Positions 40,756 through 54,087 of a stretch of 64,000 nucleotides of DNA are shown here, one piece after another (positions within the stretch are counted from its first letter, which is position 1; each line of letters starts with the position of its first letter). The notes beneath the pieces were generated by a model, which saw only the letters and a program-made list of their open reading frames with translations, made no database searches and had not been told where the DNA came from. The stretch comes from Octopus vulgaris (Eukaryota). The translations under genes and the position numbers were made by a program. Location: NCBI GenBank assembly GCA_951406725.2, contig OX597817.1:63674001-63738000 (forward strand), read 5' to 3'.

Positions 40756-42439
40756 GGGAGTGCGGTGATCTTTCTGGTTGGGGAAGCAATGACCAAAATT
40801 TTCTGTCACATAGATATTTGAATCAAATTGAGATTATACAGCTATTTTTAAAATTAAAAATCGCATTTTATATTAAAGATGTTCTGTAATTACAAGAAGT
40901 ATAAAATATTAGTTGAATAAACGCAGAAAACTACGCGTGTGTTCTCTTTTCACCGTTTTTCTGATGGAAGCAGAATATCAACTTGCTTCCTATTTCTTAT
41001 GTAAGTGTTACATAACAACGTAATATTATTTATATCGTAGGTACTGCGAATTGACGGAAACTTAATCTAAGCGTATAAGTACTTATTAACATCTAAAACT
41101 ATTCGTTATCAGTTCTTACTAGAAAAAAATTGTCCTTCTGGCATTTTTATCGGAAAAAATGTTAAAATATTACACCGAGAAGGATGCAACAGCTCGTGTT
41201 GCTTCCCTTGCACATATATTTTGTGTCGTCTGCCACTGCTTGACGTCTCGTGCTAATTCCGACAATAAAAGTCTTAAGCCTATGATGTCATGTAGTTTAT
41301 ATTAATTTTACAGAACATTAGAACGATTTTATGAAAAATAAGAAATATAGTTTCAATTTTGTTTCTATAATATTTAAGGGAAGCTTTGCTTCCATGGAAG
41401 TGCACAGTATTATATATCCATTACTCCATTACTGGATACTTCGATTAATATACTCTCTCATTTGACAAGTATGAGTAGTCATATTTATCTCTGACGTTGG
41501 GTACTTAGATGATTATATATATATATATATATATCATAAGTATAACAATTATTAATATGGAAGCTCCCACTGGTTTCGTGTAAGAAGCAAGACCTGTCTG
41601 AATAACAAATTAATGTTGAAGAAGATAGAAGATTGCTCAGAGAGAACTCGTATGAGAAGAAAATCTGATAAGATGTGACCACGCTTGTTTCTTTGAAGAG
41701 AAGAAATGTATCGTTCATAGAATGCAACTTTGTAACTTACTTAGCTAGATTTATTGCTCTTATATTTTGTCTTTTGAGATTTATTAAAGGAAAAAATTCA
41801 TCTAATAAATTAAGTTGCAAAGATCATACGTCCTTAAACGTTCAGTATGTGTACTTAAACACAGTCTACTTAAAAATGAAGACAGAGATAAGTCATGCCG
41901 GTACAAACTCATGAATATATAAGTTAAAATGTAGTAAGACAGGTACAAATTGTATTATAGGGTGAATTTGAGGGAATAGAACAAGAAAAATGAAAAATGG
42001 GGACGAAAAGCAGCAAACATGATCCAACCCGTTCTAGAATATCCACACAGCCGATGTTGGTGTGTTTACGTTCCCGTAACTTAGTAGTTCGGCAAAAGTA
42101 CCCGATAGAATAAGAACTAGGCTTACAAAGAATAAGTCCTTAGGTCAAATTGTTCATGTACACACGACGGGTTTCCACGCAGTTTGCCTCTATCAAACTC
42201 ACATAACATTGGTCATTCTAGAGCCATAGCAGAAGGCACTAAAATTCAGTGGAACAGAATAAGAAATCAAGTGGTTGAGAAGCGAACTTCCAAACAGCAA
42301 ACCCGTGTTTTTAACTGAAGGAAGGTTGCTATAACACATTACAACTTATTGTTTCGTTAATTTTCTGGTTCTCCAGGTAATTGGCTATCATACATACATA
42401 CATACATACATACATACATACATACATACATACATACAT

Positions 42440-42825
42440 TTTCCCTTACTTGTCTTAGCCATTTAACTGCAGCCATGCTGGAGCACCGCCTTAGAGGTTT
42501 TTTAGTCGAAAAAATTGACCCCAGGACTTATTCTTTGTAAGAGTTGTACTTATTCTATCAGTCTCTCTTGCCGAACCGCTAGGTTACGGGGTAGTAAACA
42601 CACCAACATCAGTTGTCACGCGATGGTGGTGGGGGTGTCAAACATAGACACACAGACACACACACACACATACATACATATATACATATACATATATATG
42701 ACAGGCTTCTCTCAGTTTCTGTCTACCAAATCCATTCACAAGGGTTTGGTCGGCCCGAGGGTATAGTAGAAGTCGCTTGTGCAAAGTACCACGCAGTGGG
42801 ACTGAACTTGGAACCACATGGTTCC
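42440..42825 (-). mobile_element. CORE-type SINE; further fragments at about 42045-42300
   Basis: Reverse complement of the family tail, body and head. Confidence 0.8.
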
Positions 42826-43302
42826 GATAGAGTCAGGTATTTAAATAGTAAAAGCACCATGGTAGAATCGGAGAGCGTGCACCAGTGCACTAACAATGTG
42901 TATTGATATATACGTACTTACTAAAGTAAAAACGGATTTGTCATTCCAGTTATGCACACGTCCACGAGTGCTAACAGAATACACAATGTGTATTTGAAGT
43001 CACACAGAGGTATACTCACTGCACGTATTCCACGGCAAACTATGGGCTTCAGATCCAAACGTATGGAATGTTCCGAGTTAGGAGAAGAATAAACAATAAC
43101 ACTGATGGTTTGAGGTTCACTATAGCTGTAACCTAGTTGGAAGGGTTATTTTGCACTGTGTTAAATTTTCTCTTTATTCGCCTGAAGAAAACGGTTCTTT
43201 TTATTTTATTTTATTTTTTGCATGATGTAACGCTTTTGTTCCTCAATAAAGAATACGTCTGGAATAGCTGCAGTGAAACTCAACCCATCTGTATTATTGT
43301 TC

Positions 43303-43380
<78 letters not shown>

Positions 43381-43544
43381 GCGTTTGCTGGGTATTTGTT
43401 CTTGAGAACACACTCTTTGAGGTAGGGCGATTTGACGTCTATCTCTAGCGTATAAGAATCCACTTTAGTGGTCATTTCTCTTATTAATTGTAATATATAT
43501 ATATATATATATACACATTTGTATGTATGTATATAATATGATAC

Positions 43545-43608
<64 letters not shown>

Positions 43609-44196
43609 ATTGATCCATAGCCTTTGTAACGTCTTTATGGATGGGCGTATCTAGCTTATACACAATACTTGAATGGGATTATTACCACTGCGTAGATCAA
43701 ATACGTCAATATAAGCCCCTGTACATAACAATCGCTGTGTTAAAGCACGTTTTATCCTGCTCTGCGTTTGTCTATTACGCACGTATGTCTCGAAAGCGCC
43801 TATATAAATCTATAACACGTTACAAGACAAAGGTGTTATTTATAAACTAAATATTGACACGTTACTAGGTTGGTTTGAGAGTTGCGTGTTTGTGGCTCTA
43901 GGAATATTTCTTATATCATTTAACTTTCCAAAACGGAAAGAAAAGAAATGATATTCTTTCTAATAGTATGCTATTCGTGAATATTTATTTTACGTATTTA
44001 TTAATTTTATTTTTTTACCATGTCTAACGGTTTAAATAGTTTTATTTTCAGTGTTGTCCATTACAATGGTATTGCGTGTTCAAGTAAATGAATTAATCGT
44101 TAAGTTTCTAAAAAATACATTATTAAATTAAGCCCACATTTTAAACTAAATGCTCTGAGTTTTGTCTTGTACGTATCTGTGTGCGTGCATATATAT

Positions 44197-44249
<53 letters not shown>

Positions 44250-46795
44250 CATACATACATACATACATACATACATACATACATACATGCATACATACAT
44301 ACATACATACATGCATACAAACATACATACATACATACATACATACATACATACATACATACATACATACATACATACATACATACATACATACATACAT
44401 ACATACACGCACACACTTACTAATCCCATTAATGTTTAGTATGTGATAAAGAATCATTATGAATATTTCTTCTGTAACTTTCAGCGTCCTATTCATGACT
44501 TCCGGTAGGTTTGAAATAAATTCGTGGCCATTTTGAGAGTTCAGAAATAACTTGTCCTTGTTACTGCAACTGTTTTTGTTGTTGATGATGTTAAATTCCA
44601 GATAAGACTTAATTGAGCTGAACTATGGTCCTTGTTATTTCATCGTGACTATCTCATTTTATGTGTGTGTGTGTGTGTTATCCGAATATATATCCGATGT
44701 TGTCTAAGATGTCTTTTTCTTCTTTTAAAGTCATATATATAAATATATATGTGTGTGTGTAGGTATGGGCGTGAGAGAGAGAGAGAGAGAAGGAGAGAGA
44801 GAGAAGGAGAGAGAGAGAAGGAGAGAGAGAGAAATAGAGAGAGAGCGAGAATGAGAAAGAAAGAGAGAGAGAGGCTTGTTGTTTACCTAACAGCTATGTT
44901 AAGTTTCTGCGCTTTTAGGTGAAAATCACTGAACCACTGGTGAAATTTTCTGAATGCTAGTCGCTACTTTATTTGATATTTCATTCTTCCGAGACCATTT
45001 CCTTTTCCCTTTAGGTCTATAAAATAAATAGCGATTATATATTGATTGGAATAAAAATATATATGTTGATCATGTCAAAACCTCAGTTTGCCTCTCGAAA
45101 ATGGCTTCAACGTTATTTGTATCGTCAATATTACAGCTGTTAGTGATGCCCGTTGTTATGGTCGGATGAACACCAAAAAGAGTTCATAGAGAATCGGACA
45201 AAACACATCGATATATCTTGTTATGCTTCCACTGCTAACAGTAGTGGGCTGAACGACCCTGTCCAGTCTACTTGCAGCTGAGAGTTATACGTAAATGCAG
45301 CTATCACAAAAAATATTAGCTTAACGCAACAACAACGCCTTATATTTTTAAAAGAATTTTGGTGATAAATACACCCACAAACAGTTAACTATCGTCTGTG
45401 TATGTGTACATGTGCCAAAACCGTTCGTATATGTGTGAGAGGTGTGAGAGAGTATGTATGTGGATGTACATGCGGGTGCAGCCAGTAACGTTCGTTTGAA
45501 TCTCTCTCTTTCTTTCTCTCCCTCTTTCTTTCCCTACACACATTTCTTTTTTATTTTGCCATGGCCCTTTATATCTTGAGTTCAAATTTCTCCCAAACTA
45601 GCAACATATTTTATTTTCCTTGCATCGATACAATAAAGTATGAGTTAAGGATTTGTAGCAATTTAATCAATTATAACCTCGTAAAAATCCAAGGTCTTGT
45701 GTCTGCGGTAAAGAAAATCTCATATAATGGTAACGCTTACGTTCTATTTTCGAACTGCCAACAGAAATATAGGGTTCTATGCTGTAAAGAGCACTGTATG
45801 CCTGGTGAGTTATTTCTTAGCTCGTTCAATACAAATGACAGAAAAATTTTATCCGTGTGTGCAACGAAATAGCGGACAGCTTCGATAGGCAGAGCTTACG
45901 ACCCCGACTTCGATCCTCAATAACTATAAGGATAAATACATATATCAGAAAATATTCTTACTGTCGATTTTCACGCTATTTTGTCAACAAAATTTCGATG
46001 GTTCAATTCGCAAGCCGATTCCAGTCCATAAATGGAACAATTTAGCTCACAGCCGAAATGTTTTTCGCTAAGGTGTAAACTTACAATTCTTCATTTCTTT
46101 CATCTCGGTTGGAAATATTGTCTAAAGGGCAAAAATATTTCGATTACGGCATATTAATAGATTATCATTCTACAAACTAACCTGGGAATCGTTACGAAGT
46201 TTATCCACAAGTTGGAAATTGCAGCAAAATCTCCCGCAAATGACACGCTACCATAAGTGCCAGAATGAAATTTGCTTATGAAATGAAAATCCAGGTTTTT
46301 CAGGAGGATGTTCAAAGCATTTTCCTTGCCCTACATAAATTTTAGGGGGTATGCTTGCACCCCAGTATCCCCTGTTACCGAGCCTATGTCTTCTACCGAC
46401 ATAAAACAAAACTTGTTCGGCTAATGTAGTCAAGATCCACTATGTCTAAATAAAGTTTAGGGTAATCACATCAATGTTTTTTGACTGCAGTTCAACTCAG
46501 TAAGGAACGACCTAAGGTTACAATAATCAACAATGACAACATAGTATAAAACCGAAACGATATATTTACTAATGAAATAATGTAATTATATATTATGCAG
46601 ATATATAAAAAGACAGAGAAATAACGGTCAGAACAGCTTCAATCAGACGTCTGCTAAATCAAGGTTGAACTGTGGCTAAAGAAATAACTATCTATGATCA
46701 ACTTTCCGGTGTGTGTGTGCATTTATATGTGTGTGTGTGTGAGCGTGCATGTGTTTGTGTATGCATATGTTTGTGTGTGTGTGTGTGTGTGTTTA

Positions 46796-46831
<36 letters not shown>

Positions 46832-47650
46832 GACGTTATGAGTATTTATGAACTTTCGAGAAAATATGAAATAATAATTATTTTTGGAGTAGTGAATCTC
46901 CAAGCACATGAGCTTATGAATAATGGCGTGTATCCAAACGGCTTTTAACCCATTACTTATACGCCATTATTTATAACATTGGGTGCTTCGAGATCTTCTG
47001 TTCTCAAGAGCAAATTTATATTTATATATATATATATGATATATATTTTTTCTACTTACCACTCCGTTGTCATATATCAGGAAACAAACAGAATATATTC
47101 AAATTTCAAAAACAAGGAAGAAAAGTTTGAAAGGGAACAATAGAGCTACAGAAAAATAATAAATTATCGCGATAAATATTTTCCATTTTAATTCAAACAT
47201 TAAAAAGAATTAAATAAGAAAAAAAAAAGGAACGAATTTATCTGACAGCCCACTATGTATGTGTGTGTATGTGAGTGTCTGTCTGAATGTGAGATGTGTG
47301 TATACCTGTGTATGTATATACATATACATGCGTACACACGCACACATATACATATTTATGTATATAATAAGAGTAAACAATAGCGTTAACGGTTTTTAAA
47401 AAACCAACAATTATTTACTGGTAGATTTCGGCATGTAAATATAACCATTAACGGTAGGAACTTCTATAAAAGTTCAATATATATTTTGTATATAAATAAA
47501 AAAAAGGCAGGCAACAGGTTGCTTAGCCACATACCAAAAAAATTAGAAATAGCAGTCAAAGACTGTTTATTTCTATTTTCTACAAATAAGACTCCATACG
47601 ACATATCCCTGTAATTCAAGGGATATGTCATAAGTGGAGTCTTTCATATT

Positions 47651-47718
<68 letters not shown>

Positions 47719-47848
47719 CACATATAGGGACAGATATATATGTACATACAGAGATATACGAATGTTCGCGCATACATATATACATGCATACATACATACG
47801 TACATACATACATACATACATACATACATACATACATACATACATACA

Positions 47849-47880
<32 letters not shown>

Positions 47881-48348
47881 CATATGATAATTTTACGGAG
47901 TATCTTCGGATTGCCAAACTACCAAATTGCCAAGACCAATATCCTCTTGACAATACTATTATATCTAGATTAGCGGAGATTCTACGTAGTTCCGGTCTAG
48001 TTACGAACAGATTGATGTATTCTTGTTATCAGACGTGAATTAAATCGTTTAATTCGAGGTGATGTATAAATATGAAAAGGATATCGGAACTTTGTGTTCT
48101 GTGAATAAATAAGTACTGGAGCAATCAATGAGTATTTCCTCTTGTATAAAATATATCGAATTTAGATATAAAAATATTTATGAATGTAATATGAGATGAA
48201 TAAATCTATAAGTATATATATGTATGCGTGCGTGCGTGTGTGTGTGGGTATGCATGTATGTATGAATTCATGCTAGCATGTACGTATATATGTATATATA
48301 TATATATATATGCATATGTATACAACTTTATATATATATATGCATACA

Positions 48349-48383
<35 letters not shown>

Positions 48384-48457
48384 ATATATACGTATATGCA
48401 TACATACATATATGTATGTGTGTGCATTTATGTTTGTATATATATATGTGTGTGTGT

Positions 48458-48505
<48 letters not shown>

Positions 48506-48818
48506 ACACACACACACATACACACATAGGTATATTAAGTTTTACAAAATAATGATTGATAAGGAATGCGAAGTTCCGGCTGCCAGCCTCTACTGCGCCA
48601 TGTCTAATGAGCCCGAATAATACCAATCTTTCTGGTGTAAAAATTGATTAAGATGCACTCTACTAAAATGTTTTGAGTAAATATTCAGTTCGATTTTAAT
48701 TTGTTTTCTATATATATTCCCTTAAAAAGAAATATGTTCACATACATACATGCCTACATACAATGCACTCATATACACATGCATACATATTTGCATATGT
48801 ACCTACAGACATATATAG

Positions 48819-48881
<63 letters not shown>

Positions 48882-49041
48882 TATGTATATCAAAATAAGC
48901 AACATGAATGACTCCGGAGTCATTCTTGTTGCTTATTTTGATTATAATCACCCCACGGATTTTTATGGATAACACCATACAGAATTCTGGTGCATCTAAA
49001 TTAAGTACCATATTCATTTGAATCAAAATTTTTGCTGAACT

Positions 49042-49113
<72 letters not shown>

Positions 49114-49176
49114 TCTGTGTGTCTGTATGTATGCATATATATATATATGTATACGTATGTATGTATGCATATGTGT

Positions 49177-49254
<78 letters not shown>

Positions 49255-49513
49255 CTATATTACAAAGTAACCATGCATGATCATGATTCAAAGTATGTCC
49301 TTCCGCAACAGAATGTTATTTTTCGAGAATTGAATTTTGGATCTGATCAGACGGTGTAAAATTCCGGAGTCTTTCTGTTACTAGCAATCACACGAGATGA
49401 AAAAATGAATTCTAAAAGCGGGCAAAGAAGTCGAAACCTTTGTGCCGAACTTGCTATACTATCTCAACAAAATCTACGTCAAAGTGTTCAACTTACATTC
49501 TATGAATATACAA

Positions 49514-49900
49514 GCAGGAGTGGCTGTGTGGTAAGTAGCTTGCTAACCAACCACATGGTTCCGGGTTCAGTCCCACTGCGTGGCACCTTGGGCTATAGCC
49601 CCGGGCCGACCAATGCCTTGTGAGTGGATTTGGTAGACGGAAACTGAAAGAAGCCCGTCGTATATATGTATATATATATATATGTGTGCGTGTATGTTTG
49701 TGTGTCTGTGTCTGTCCCCCTAGCATTGTTTGATAACCGATGCTGGTGTGTTTACGTCCCCGTCACTTAGCGGTTCGGCAAAAGAGACCGATAGAATAAG
49801 TACTGGGCTTACAAAAGAATTAGTCCCGGGGTCGAGTTGCTCCAGCATGACCGCAGTCAAATGACTGAAACAAGTAAAAGAGTAAAAGAGAGTAAAGAGT
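49514..49900 (+). mobile_element. CORE-type SINE, near full length
   Basis: caggagtggctgtgtggtaagtagc...gtcaaatgactgaaacaagtaaaagagtaaaagag. Confidence 0.85.
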
Positions 49901-50202
49901 AAGCATATTTCAACACATCTGTACAGTACGAATACAAACAATGTTCTGGAAGGAGGTAGTATGTCTATGGTCTCTGTAAATCGTCTCAAGCAGATGAAAT
50001 TAATTCTGTTGAAATTCTGCTTCAACCATTGAAAGTCGACATTTGTATGTTTTGATAAGCATATACGAACGCATGGGTGAATGTGAAAGAGTGTGCGTGT
50101 GTGTGTGTTTAACTGTGTGTAGGCGGATGTAAAAGTGTGCATACATGTATGTATGCGTACGTGCGTGTGCGCGGATAAAAATGTAAGCATACATATATAT
50201 AT

Positions 50203-50535
50203 GAAGGCGCATGGCTCAGTGGTTAGAGCGTCGAGCTTGCGATTATGAGGTTGTGAGTTCGAATCCCGGACCGGGCTGCGTGCTGTGTTCTTGAGCAAGA
50301 CACTTTATTTCACGTTGCTCCAGTTCACTCAGCTGTAGAAATGAGTTGCGACGTCATAGGTACCAAACTGTATCTGCCGTTGCCTTTCCCTTGGATAACA
50401 CTAGTGGCGTGGAGGGGGGAGGCCGGTATGCATGGGCGACTGCTGGTCATCCATAAACAACCTTGCCCGGACTTGTGCCTCGGAGGGTAACTTTCTAGGT
50501 GTAATCCCATGGTCAGTCATGACAGAAGGTGATCT
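50203..50535 (+). mobile_element. tRNA-derived SINE with a V-domain-like centre
   Basis: A box tggctcagtgg, B box gagttcgaatccc, and tgtgttcttgagcaagacacttt...ctccagttcactcagctgta. A second copy lies at 58125-58440 on the minus strand. Confidence 0.75.
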
Positions 50536-50554
50536 CAGCAGTATATATATATAT

Positions 50555-51180
50555 ATAATAATAAATATTAGGGAATAAATCCAAAATTACAGGGAAAAAA
50601 TCAGATTTAGGATTAAATCCAATTTTATAGTAAAATATTATAAAATATTATTAGAGACAAAACCACTATTTTGCAAAACAAACAAGGAAAGACTTAATCA
50701 ATACATAAAATTTTAATAAATAGTCAAAAAAACCGCCACTACAATTGTTTCTTGTCTTGATCGACAATCTTCAGGTGGACTTCCAATCTAAAATATCAAT
50801 ATTTTAAAATATAAAAATAATAATTTTAAAATAATTAAAGTATGAATGAAAAAATATAAATATATAATCCATATATAACCTATATATAATCCATATATAA
50901 TCAATATATAAACAATATATAAACTAAAATAAACCTATCAACAATTAAATATAAAATATAAAATATAAAATATAAAATATAAAACAAAACAAAAAAATAA
51001 TAATAATATAATAATAAACTATATATACACCCATACACATATACCTAATTATATATAACCATATCTAACTACATACACTAAATCACACACCTATATATAT
51101 ATCCCTATACACACATAAAAACGTCTAGGCAACTATAAATAAATAAAATAGCTAAATACTTCAACACAATACTTATTCAT
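50555..51180 (-). mobile_element. Penelope-like pLTR with an intact minimal hammerhead at 50736-50778
   Basis: The minus strand reads ccac CTGAAGA ttgtc gatcaa gacaa GAAA caattg TA gtgg. All three stems pair and stem III is palindromic. Confidence 0.75.
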
Positions 51181-51786
51181 ACTCCCACACACACATGTAT
51201 GTATGTATATATGTATAGGAATGGATGTACAGTAGAATATAAAAGTTGTCTGTATGTGTGTATATTATACAAATATATTCATGTGTGCACAAATGTGTAT
51301 ATATAGATGTGTGCATATACGTGTATATGTGTACACAGGCATGTATGTGTGAGTTATATACGTGTGTCTCTGTGTATGCGCGCGCGCGCGTTTATGTTGT
51401 GTCGAACCAAATAAAGAATTCAAATTCTTCGGAGCTTTTTTTTTTTTTTTTTGATTGCTTTATATGTTTGTTTACAAATTTATAAATTCAGAACTGAAGT
51501 ATGCAATGCTGAAATGAGACAAATTTTAAAGTTTATAGATTTACATAGGTGTGTGTGTATGTGTTCTTGTGCACGCGTATACGAATATGTGTGTGCGTGA
51601 ACAAGCATACGTGTGTATATATGTGCATTCAAAAATTTTTTTTCGCAATTAAATCTGATGGGGAAGCAGTAACATTGATTATTATAAACAGCCGTAGACA
51701 AGCTATTTGGATTTTGTATGACTTCTTTATCGTAGTGCTGTTCTTGCCTCGTATTTTCTCTTTTGCTCATTTAAGCTTTGGAGGGT

Positions 51787-52085
51787 GGAGGCACATGGCC
51801 AAGTGATTAGAGCAGTGGACTCGCGGTCAAAGGATCGAGGGTTCGAATCTCAGACCGGGCGATGTGTGTGCTTATGAGCGAAACACCTAAGCTCCACGCA
51901 GCTCCAGCAGAAGGTAATGGCGAACTTCTGTTGACTCTTTCGCCACAACTTTCTCTCACTCTTTCCTCCTGCGTCTTGCAACTCACCCGCGACGGAGCGG
52001 CGTCCCGTCCAGGTGGGGAACCTATACGCCAAGGAAACCGGGAAACTGGCCCTTATGAGCCAGACATGGCTCGAGAAGGAACAAA
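51787..52085 (+). mobile_element. tRNA-derived SINE sharing its head with the 19083-19594 family but with a different 3' half
   Basis: ggaggcacatggccaagtgattagagcagtggactcgcggtc...cagaccgggcg...gagcgaaacacctaagctccacg. Confidence 0.75.
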
Positions 52086-52469
52086 TAAGCTTTGGGGGAG
52101 AAGTGAAAGATAGTGGAAGAGTGGCGAAATCTGTCATTATAGTGCAGAAACTGATGCCGATATATTTGTAAAATAATGTTTCTGAATTTCGTTTTGGGAT
52201 TTGGTTTCCAAGATTCTTTATGTAAGTTCGTGTGTTGAAGCATATTTTGTTGTATCTGGGGAGAGTCATTCTCTTTTAGCGCCTTATTATTTAACACACT
52301 CGCCAGTAAAGTTTTCACTCATTTATTTTCCCTAAGATTTTCGTTGCGTCTTGTAACCTTTCCAATAGTCGTTGACTCAATTTATTCAAGTCAAACTTAT
52401 CCATAAACAGGTATCTCAAATGAAGAACATTTTCTTTTAATAATTAATTATTAACTAGTAGTACCCATC

Positions 52470-52695
52470 AATCCATCCTTACCTTCTATTTCCGGGATGG
52501 TTGTGGGGCTAGAGTCCTTAGATATCTCTCCATATAGGGGCTTATCAGAAGCAATTGTCATCAGACTTTCCGGCTGGATTCCTAACAGTGACAAACTGAG
52601 ACTATGGATTTTATCAAACGATCACGTCCTTGGTCTACCCCTAAGTCTGTTACCAGTTGACTCGGCTTGAAGAATCTGCCTTGCGATTCTTTCTA
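52470..52695 (-). mobile_element. RTE-type LINE 3' fragment
   Basis: ERIARQILQAESTGNRLRGRPRT resembles the RTE C-terminal GxRxRGRPRxRW motif. Confidence 0.65.
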
Positions 52696-53796
52696 CAATA
52701 TTCTAGTAAAACCCATGGAAATTCTACAGGCCATTTTGTTGTATAGTGATATTCGGTAATAATATCCTGTCATTTCCTTCATAATCATTTGGTTAATCTC
52801 TTAGAAATACTGTATATTCTTTTCGGTAATGTTTTTCTCTTATAGCGTATTTTTTTTTCTGGCTTATGCAAAATATTCTTGCCTACCATCAATTATTCAT
52901 ATTTTGCCTTCTTTCTTCATTAACAATTCTCATTCTCTCTCTGTTAGCTTCAGCTTCATTGATCATCATTCTACATGTTTTTTCTTACATTAATTTCTTA
53001 CATTAATTTCATTATTTTCTTCTTGAAGAAAGGCTTCTAGTCATTCCTGATTTTTCTCTCTTTATTCCAAATTCTTAGTTCTCTTTGCCGTTTTCTCATT
53101 TGTCGTTTTCTGCTTATCTTATTATTTTTCATGAGAATGGCGTCACGAAATTATTTAATTTCTTAACTCTATTTTTTCTCCTACAAATGTATGTCCACCA
53201 CTTTTTGTCTAGTACATGAAGGCTATATTTCGTTGATTAGGTCAGAAAAATACTGAAATATGTTCATTTTTGCCTTCTGTGTTGGCAAAGTAAAATACAA
53301 TTATTTTCCTGTCCACATCAAATGTTTGCGTTATTTTTCAAATAAACAACTAAGGGTTTGGAAACTCAGAATTTCTGTCTATGAGACTAGAAACTCTAGT
53401 TTGTAAGATTGAAAATAGTATCAGTACAATTTGCAGGACATTTGTAGCTGGAGTTACATCCAAAACACTTTTACTATGGTTCTAAAACAAGATAAAAATA
53501 TTTCTCTTTGACAACTCGTCGCATATTCATTTTTTAGAGTTTTAATTCTCTCTGCATTCATTCACACTTGTATGTATAATTTCCTTATATTTGTGGTTAA
53601 ACAATGGTTAATTTTCAACAAGCAATCTATGTGGCCTTTGTGATGCATTATACTTGCATACAAAACGTTTGTTTCGTAGGAGACAGCAGCTTCGATCTTT
53701 ATCATTGGGCTTGTTATTTTACAGTCACGATTTTTGTTACTGTTAAATATTTAATAAAATTTATATTGAAATATTCTTTATTTTTGTATATTTCAG

Positions 53797-53876
53797 AAAA
53801 TCTCGATGCTCATCTTAGATCTCGTCTGCTTCAGTCCATCAGGAACCGTTTCCTTGGAAAGATAAAATTGGATTGA
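53797..53876 (+). CDS. Predicted last coding exon of the neuropeptide precursor ((E)NLDAHLRSRLLQSIRNRFLGKIKLD*)
   Basis: Acceptor ttctttatttttgtatatttcag is open in phase 1, matching the donor at 40228. The sequence is non-repetitive, and an AATAAA cluster lies about 160-200 nt after the stop. Confidence 0.55.
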
Positions 53877-54036
53877 ATGACAAGACAGTAATGTTACCAA
53901 TCAGGATGAGAATCAAACCTCGCCCGAGTTCGACCTTCAATTGCAGCTGGCATAACTGCCAAGTCTGCTTGCATTATCCCACTTCTTTGGAGATGACCTA
54001 AACCAAATGTTAACCATTTGGAATATTTTGAACTAT

Positions 54037-54087
54037 AATAAACACGATGGAATAATAAATAAATAAAAATATAAAATAAATAAATAA
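54037..54087 (+). terminator. Candidate polyadenylation signals of the neuropeptide gene
   Basis: AATAAA at 54037 and several more from 54054. The AT-rich background weakens this evidence. Confidence 0.35.

Noticed and set aside
40229-53796. Additional internal exons (acceptors near 41313, 44051, 44918, 45015 and 46600)
   Set aside because: In phase 1 they either hit stop codons quickly or lack a phase-compatible donor. Other small exons cannot be excluded.
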